NCBI GenBank assembly: GCA_016939375.1
Contig: JAFGHF010000072.1
Location: 229-64,228 of the forward strand
Direction of reading: 5' to 3'
DNA length: 64,000 nucleotides
From: Candidatus Omnitrophota bacterium
Lineage (GTDB): Bacteria > Omnitrophota > Gorgyraeia > JAFGHF01
In this document: positions 61,432 to 64,000 of the stretch, piece by piece
How the letters are laid out: every line of letters begins with the position of its first letter
How positions within the stretch are numbered: position 1 is the stretch's first letter
Program-made: the position numbers and the translations under genes
Notes under the pieces: model-generated
What the model was told of the DNA's origin: nothing
Seen by the model: the letters and a program-made list of their open reading frames with translations, nothing else
Database searches by the model: none

Positions 61432-62472
61432 TTACTTCAGGAGCTTTTTTAAGCTTGTTCTATATGGCTTACGAAAAATTCCTTTTTCTGTAATAATCGC
61501 CGAAATCAAACGCTGTGGCGTCACATCAAAAGCCGGGTTGTAGACCTTGACCTTCTTGGGCGCCAGAAGCCTTCCATGCACCTGCCTAACTTCCCGTCCA
61601 TCTCTTTGTTCTATGGGTATATCTGCGCCCGACTTCAAAGTTAAATCAAAACTTGAAGCGGGAGCCACGACATAAAAAGGAATGTGGTGAAAATATGCCA
61701 AAACAGCTAGATTATATGTTCCTATCTTATTGGCAGTATCGCCGTTTGCGGCGATCCTGTCCGCACCGACAAGTATTTTGTCAATTTTTGCCTCTTTCAT
61801 CAAATCGGCGGCCATGTTGTCGCATATCAGCGTAACATCTACACCTTGTTGCATCAACTCCCATGCAGTAAGCCTTGCTCCTTGCAGGATAGGGCGGGTT
61901 TCATCGGCATAGGCCTTGATCTTCTTGCCCTGTTTTTTTGCCTCATAGATCACACCTAAGGCAGTACCATAATCGGCCGTGGCCAAGGCACCGGCATTAC
62001 AATGTGTAAGTATATTGTCGCCGCTTTTGATTAATTTGCTCCCCAAGCGCGCCATCTTTCTACATACGTCTTTGTCTTCCTGCAATATCTCTAATGCCTC
62101 TTCAAGCAGGCATCTTTTTAGTAAGTCGGTGTCTTTGTTGCAGTGGGCCAGGGCCTGTTCTCTCAACCTTTCCACGGCCCAAGATAAATTGACCGCTGTA
62201 GGCCGCGCTTTTTTAAGGTATCCTATTACACTATCTAGCCGAGAATAAAATTTATTAAAGTTCTTTGCCGGGCAATTGCGCATACCCAAATAGACTCCCA
62301 GCGCGGCGGCTATCCCGATAGCCGGGGCTCCTCTGACCTTCAACTTCTTGATCGCCCACCAGACGCTTTTTAGGCTGTTCAAATCAACATAAACAAGCTC
62401 GGCCGGGAGCCTCGTCTGGTCAATGATTCTAATTTTGTTCCTTTTCCATTCTATAGTCTGCATCTGCCTCAC
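61432..62472 (-). CDS. mtnA: Methylthioribose-1-phosphate isomerase / eIF-2B alpha-beta-delta-like family
   Basis: 346 aa. IF-2B family motifs (GAPAIG, ...TRPILQGARLTAWEL, VGADRIAANGDTANKIGTY). Confidence 0.75.
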   Translation of the reverse strand: MRQMQTIEWKRNKIRIIDQTRLPAELVYVDLNSLKSVWWAIKKLKVRGAPAIGIAAALGVYLGMRNCPAKNFNKFYSRLDSVIGYLKKARPTAVNLSWAVERLREQALAHCNKDTDLLKRCLLEEALEILQEDKDVCRKMARLGSKLIKSGDNILTHCNAGALATADYGTALGVIYEAKKQGKKIKAYADETRPILQGARLTAWELMQQGVDVTLICDNMAADLMKEAKIDKILVGADRIAANGDTANKIGTYNLAVLAYFHHIPFYVVAPASSFDLTLKSGADIPIEQRDGREVRQVHGRLLAPKKVKVYNPAFDVTPQRLISAIITEKGIFRKPYRTSLKKLLK

Positions 62473-63560
62473 CCGGCTATCTTCAACAGATATCTTCCAA
62501 AAAGCAGCAGGCCTATCATGAGAGAATTATGTAAAATGTGTATCGTTATCGAAGGAATAAGCGAGCCGGTAATTTCATATATGTATGCCAAAAGAAGCCC
62601 CAGTGCCATAATCGGCAAAAAACCTATCAGATTTGTATGTAGCATCGCAAAGACCACTGCAGTTAGCAAAGCGGCGCTATGCTTACCCCATCTCTTTTTT
62701 ATCGCGTTATAGGAAAACCCCCTAAAGAAAACTTCTTCGACTATCGGCCCGATCACTACGGCCAATACCATACCGGTTATTAAAAGCCAGATCCTTTTTT
62801 CACGAAAAAACAGTTTAAACATTACTTCCTGTGGCGGGGTATAATCGAAGATCGTAGAAATCCATACTAAAAACAACATAAGCACTACCAATACTGGCAC
62901 AAAAGCAATATAGGTTAATACCGCGATATAAACATTTTTAGCTAAATTTTTTATCTTCAGGCCCAATGCTGAAAGGCCCTGGCGGTATTTGATTTTGACA
63001 AAATAGATTATTAGGCCTAGGATCAGGACATCCAGGACCCCTGTCTTCAAAACTGAGGAAAATTCTTTTACGCTGATTTTGGGAAAAATCCTGGGAATAA
63101 GCTTGGAATCCGCTATCTGAATAACATAGCCTAAGAAAAGAAAAATTATTATCAGCCTGAAGATATCTAAAACATCCCAGTCGACCCGGGGATGTTCTGT
63201 GATGCTCTTAAAAATCGCCCTACCCTTTATTTTGGCCATCAACAGATGGATATCCACAAAAAGACCTAAGGCAAAGACTAACGTGGCTAAGATCCCCACG
63301 ATCTTGATCAGTCTCAGGTGTATACCCTGCTTGCTAAAGATTCTTTGTATGACCTCTTTGTCTTCAATAATCTCCTCGTGCTTCTTCGCGTCTTGCTCAA
63401 CCACGGCCTGGACCTGTTTTTTATTTTTTTCTAGTTTGGGGAGCGATTGTTCGACAATAACCCAGGCATGTACCATAACGACAAAGGAAAGCATTAAAAA
63501 GTAAATGCTTTCCCTATTTATAAAAGCTCTGATTTTTGAAAAGTCGGGTCTATCGATCAT
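62469..63560 (-). CDS. CPBP-family (CAAX / Abi) intramembrane metalloprotease
   Basis: 363 aa polytopic. EEVFFRG and FAMLH motifs. Confidence 0.7.
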   Translation of the reverse strand: MIDRPDFSKIRAFINRESIYFLMLSFVVMVHAWVIVEQSLPKLEKNKKQVQAVVEQDAKKHEEIIEDKEVIQRIFSKQGIHLRLIKIVGILATLVFALGLFVDIHLLMAKIKGRAIFKSITEHPRVDWDVLDIFRLIIIFLFLGYVIQIADSKLIPRIFPKISVKEFSSVLKTGVLDVLILGLIIYFVKIKYRQGLSALGLKIKNLAKNVYIAVLTYIAFVPVLVVLMLFLVWISTIFDYTPPQEVMFKLFFREKRIWLLITGMVLAVVIGPIVEEVFFRGFSYNAIKKRWGKHSAALLTAVVFAMLHTNLIGFLPIMALGLLLAYIYEITGSLIPSITIHILHNSLMIGLLLFGRYLLKIAG

Positions 63561-64000
63561 TAATATTCAACTCGGGGGAATAGCGGTTGATCTTTTTGCA
63601 CTTTTTTGCCGGATGGAAATCCACCCCAAACAAGTAGATCTTTAAAAAGGCCTTTGTCTAATTCTACATCGAGTCCTAGCTGTTCCATTGTCTTTAGTGC
63701 CGTGCTGGGGATAAAAGGATATGTCAATACCGCTACGAGCCTTAATACTTCTAATAGGTTGTATACCACGCAGGCAAGCCTCTCTGTCTTGCTCTCTTTA
63801 GCCAAAACCCAGGGTTTGGCATCTTCGATATATTTATTTGCCGTGTTGATTAGCGCCCAAATCGAGTCTAAGGCCAGACCAAATTCGATATGCTCCATCG
63901 CCTGATAATAGACTGGCGGCAATTCCTTGGCCTGATCGGTCAGCTTTTTGTCAAATTCGTCTGCTTGGCCTTGCCCCGGGCAAAACCCCTTAAAATACTT
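63560..64000 (-). CDS. metG: Methionyl-tRNA synthetase, C-terminal part only. The 5' part lies beyond the window end; the ORF-track start is an internal TTG.
   Basis: Frame stays open up to nt 64000. Upstream residues KYFKGFCPGQGQADEFDKKLTDQAKEL then PPVYYQAMEHIEFGLALDSIW...PWVLAK, the MetRS anticodon-binding helical domain. Confidence 0.75.
   Translation of the reverse strand, partial: KYFKGFCPGQGQADEFDKKLTDQAKELPPVYYQAMEHIEFGLALDSIWALINTANKYIEDAKPWVLAKESKTERLACVVYNLLEVLRLVAVLTYPFIPSTALKTMEQLGLDVELDKGLFKDLLVWGGFPSGKKVQKDQPLFPRVEY

Overview
This 64-kb window is core bacterial genome, probably from an uncultivated diderm lineage. The lineage call rests on a membrane H+-pyrophosphatase, a complete Kdo/heptose LPS-core toolkit, Tad/type-IV pilus parts and about 45 % GC. 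I found no rRNA, tRNA, CRISPR array, transposase or phage gene. All of the roughly 58 credible genes are on the minus strand. Plus-strand ORFs in the supplied track are shadow ORFs inside minus-strand genes. Two window-edge genes missing from the track were recovered by hand translation: a pheA 3'-truncated at nt 1 and a metG 5'-truncated at nt 64000.

Gene content, read in coordinate order (opposite to transcription):
- pheA, scpB, scpA, trpS, infB, nusA, rimP
- proS, an orphan cpaF-like ATPase, ispG, rseP, dxr, cdsA, uppS
- an OmpA-like lipoprotein, hppA, purA
- a divergent LeuA/NifV-family enzyme, serA, a serC-like aminotransferase
- clpP, a trigger factor lacking its PPIase domain
- a large LPS block: lptB, a fused lptC/lptA lipoprotein, kdsC, kdsD, kdsA, kdsB, the hldE kinase domain, three GT9 heptosyltransferases, a polysaccharide deacetylase, a GT4, a GT4-GT9 fusion, an lpxK-ELM1-like fusion, a CPA antiporter with a CBS protein, and waaA
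- xerC/D, topA, dprA
- aroK, aroC, then pilZ and pilD embedded before aroE
- leuA/cimA, ilvC, ilvN, ilvB, ilvD
- alr, tsaB, tsaE, thiL, a secreted hypothetical, an mtnA-like isomerase, a CPBP protease, metG

The most unusual signals are non-coding:
- A roughly 100-nt conserved intergenic element occurs three times, at topA-dprA, serA-HMGL and dxr-cdsA. One stem differs by G.U-compatible substitutions, which hints at an RNA.
- Four dispersed arrays of a degenerate heptamer repeat (AGCTNTC)n occur: two intergenic, two in-frame inside waaA and ispG.
- A promoter, SD-like GGGGAG abutting a 3-codon ATG..TAA ORF, and intrinsic-terminator leader sits immediately 5' of rimP-nusA-infB.
- A textbook sigma70 promoter for the ilvD operon has its TATAAT at the centre of a 17-bp perfect palindrome.

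Several unusual domain architectures were also noted: LpxK+ELM1-like, GT4+GT9, LptC+LptA, ProS with a Cys4 ribbon, and trigger factor without PPIase.
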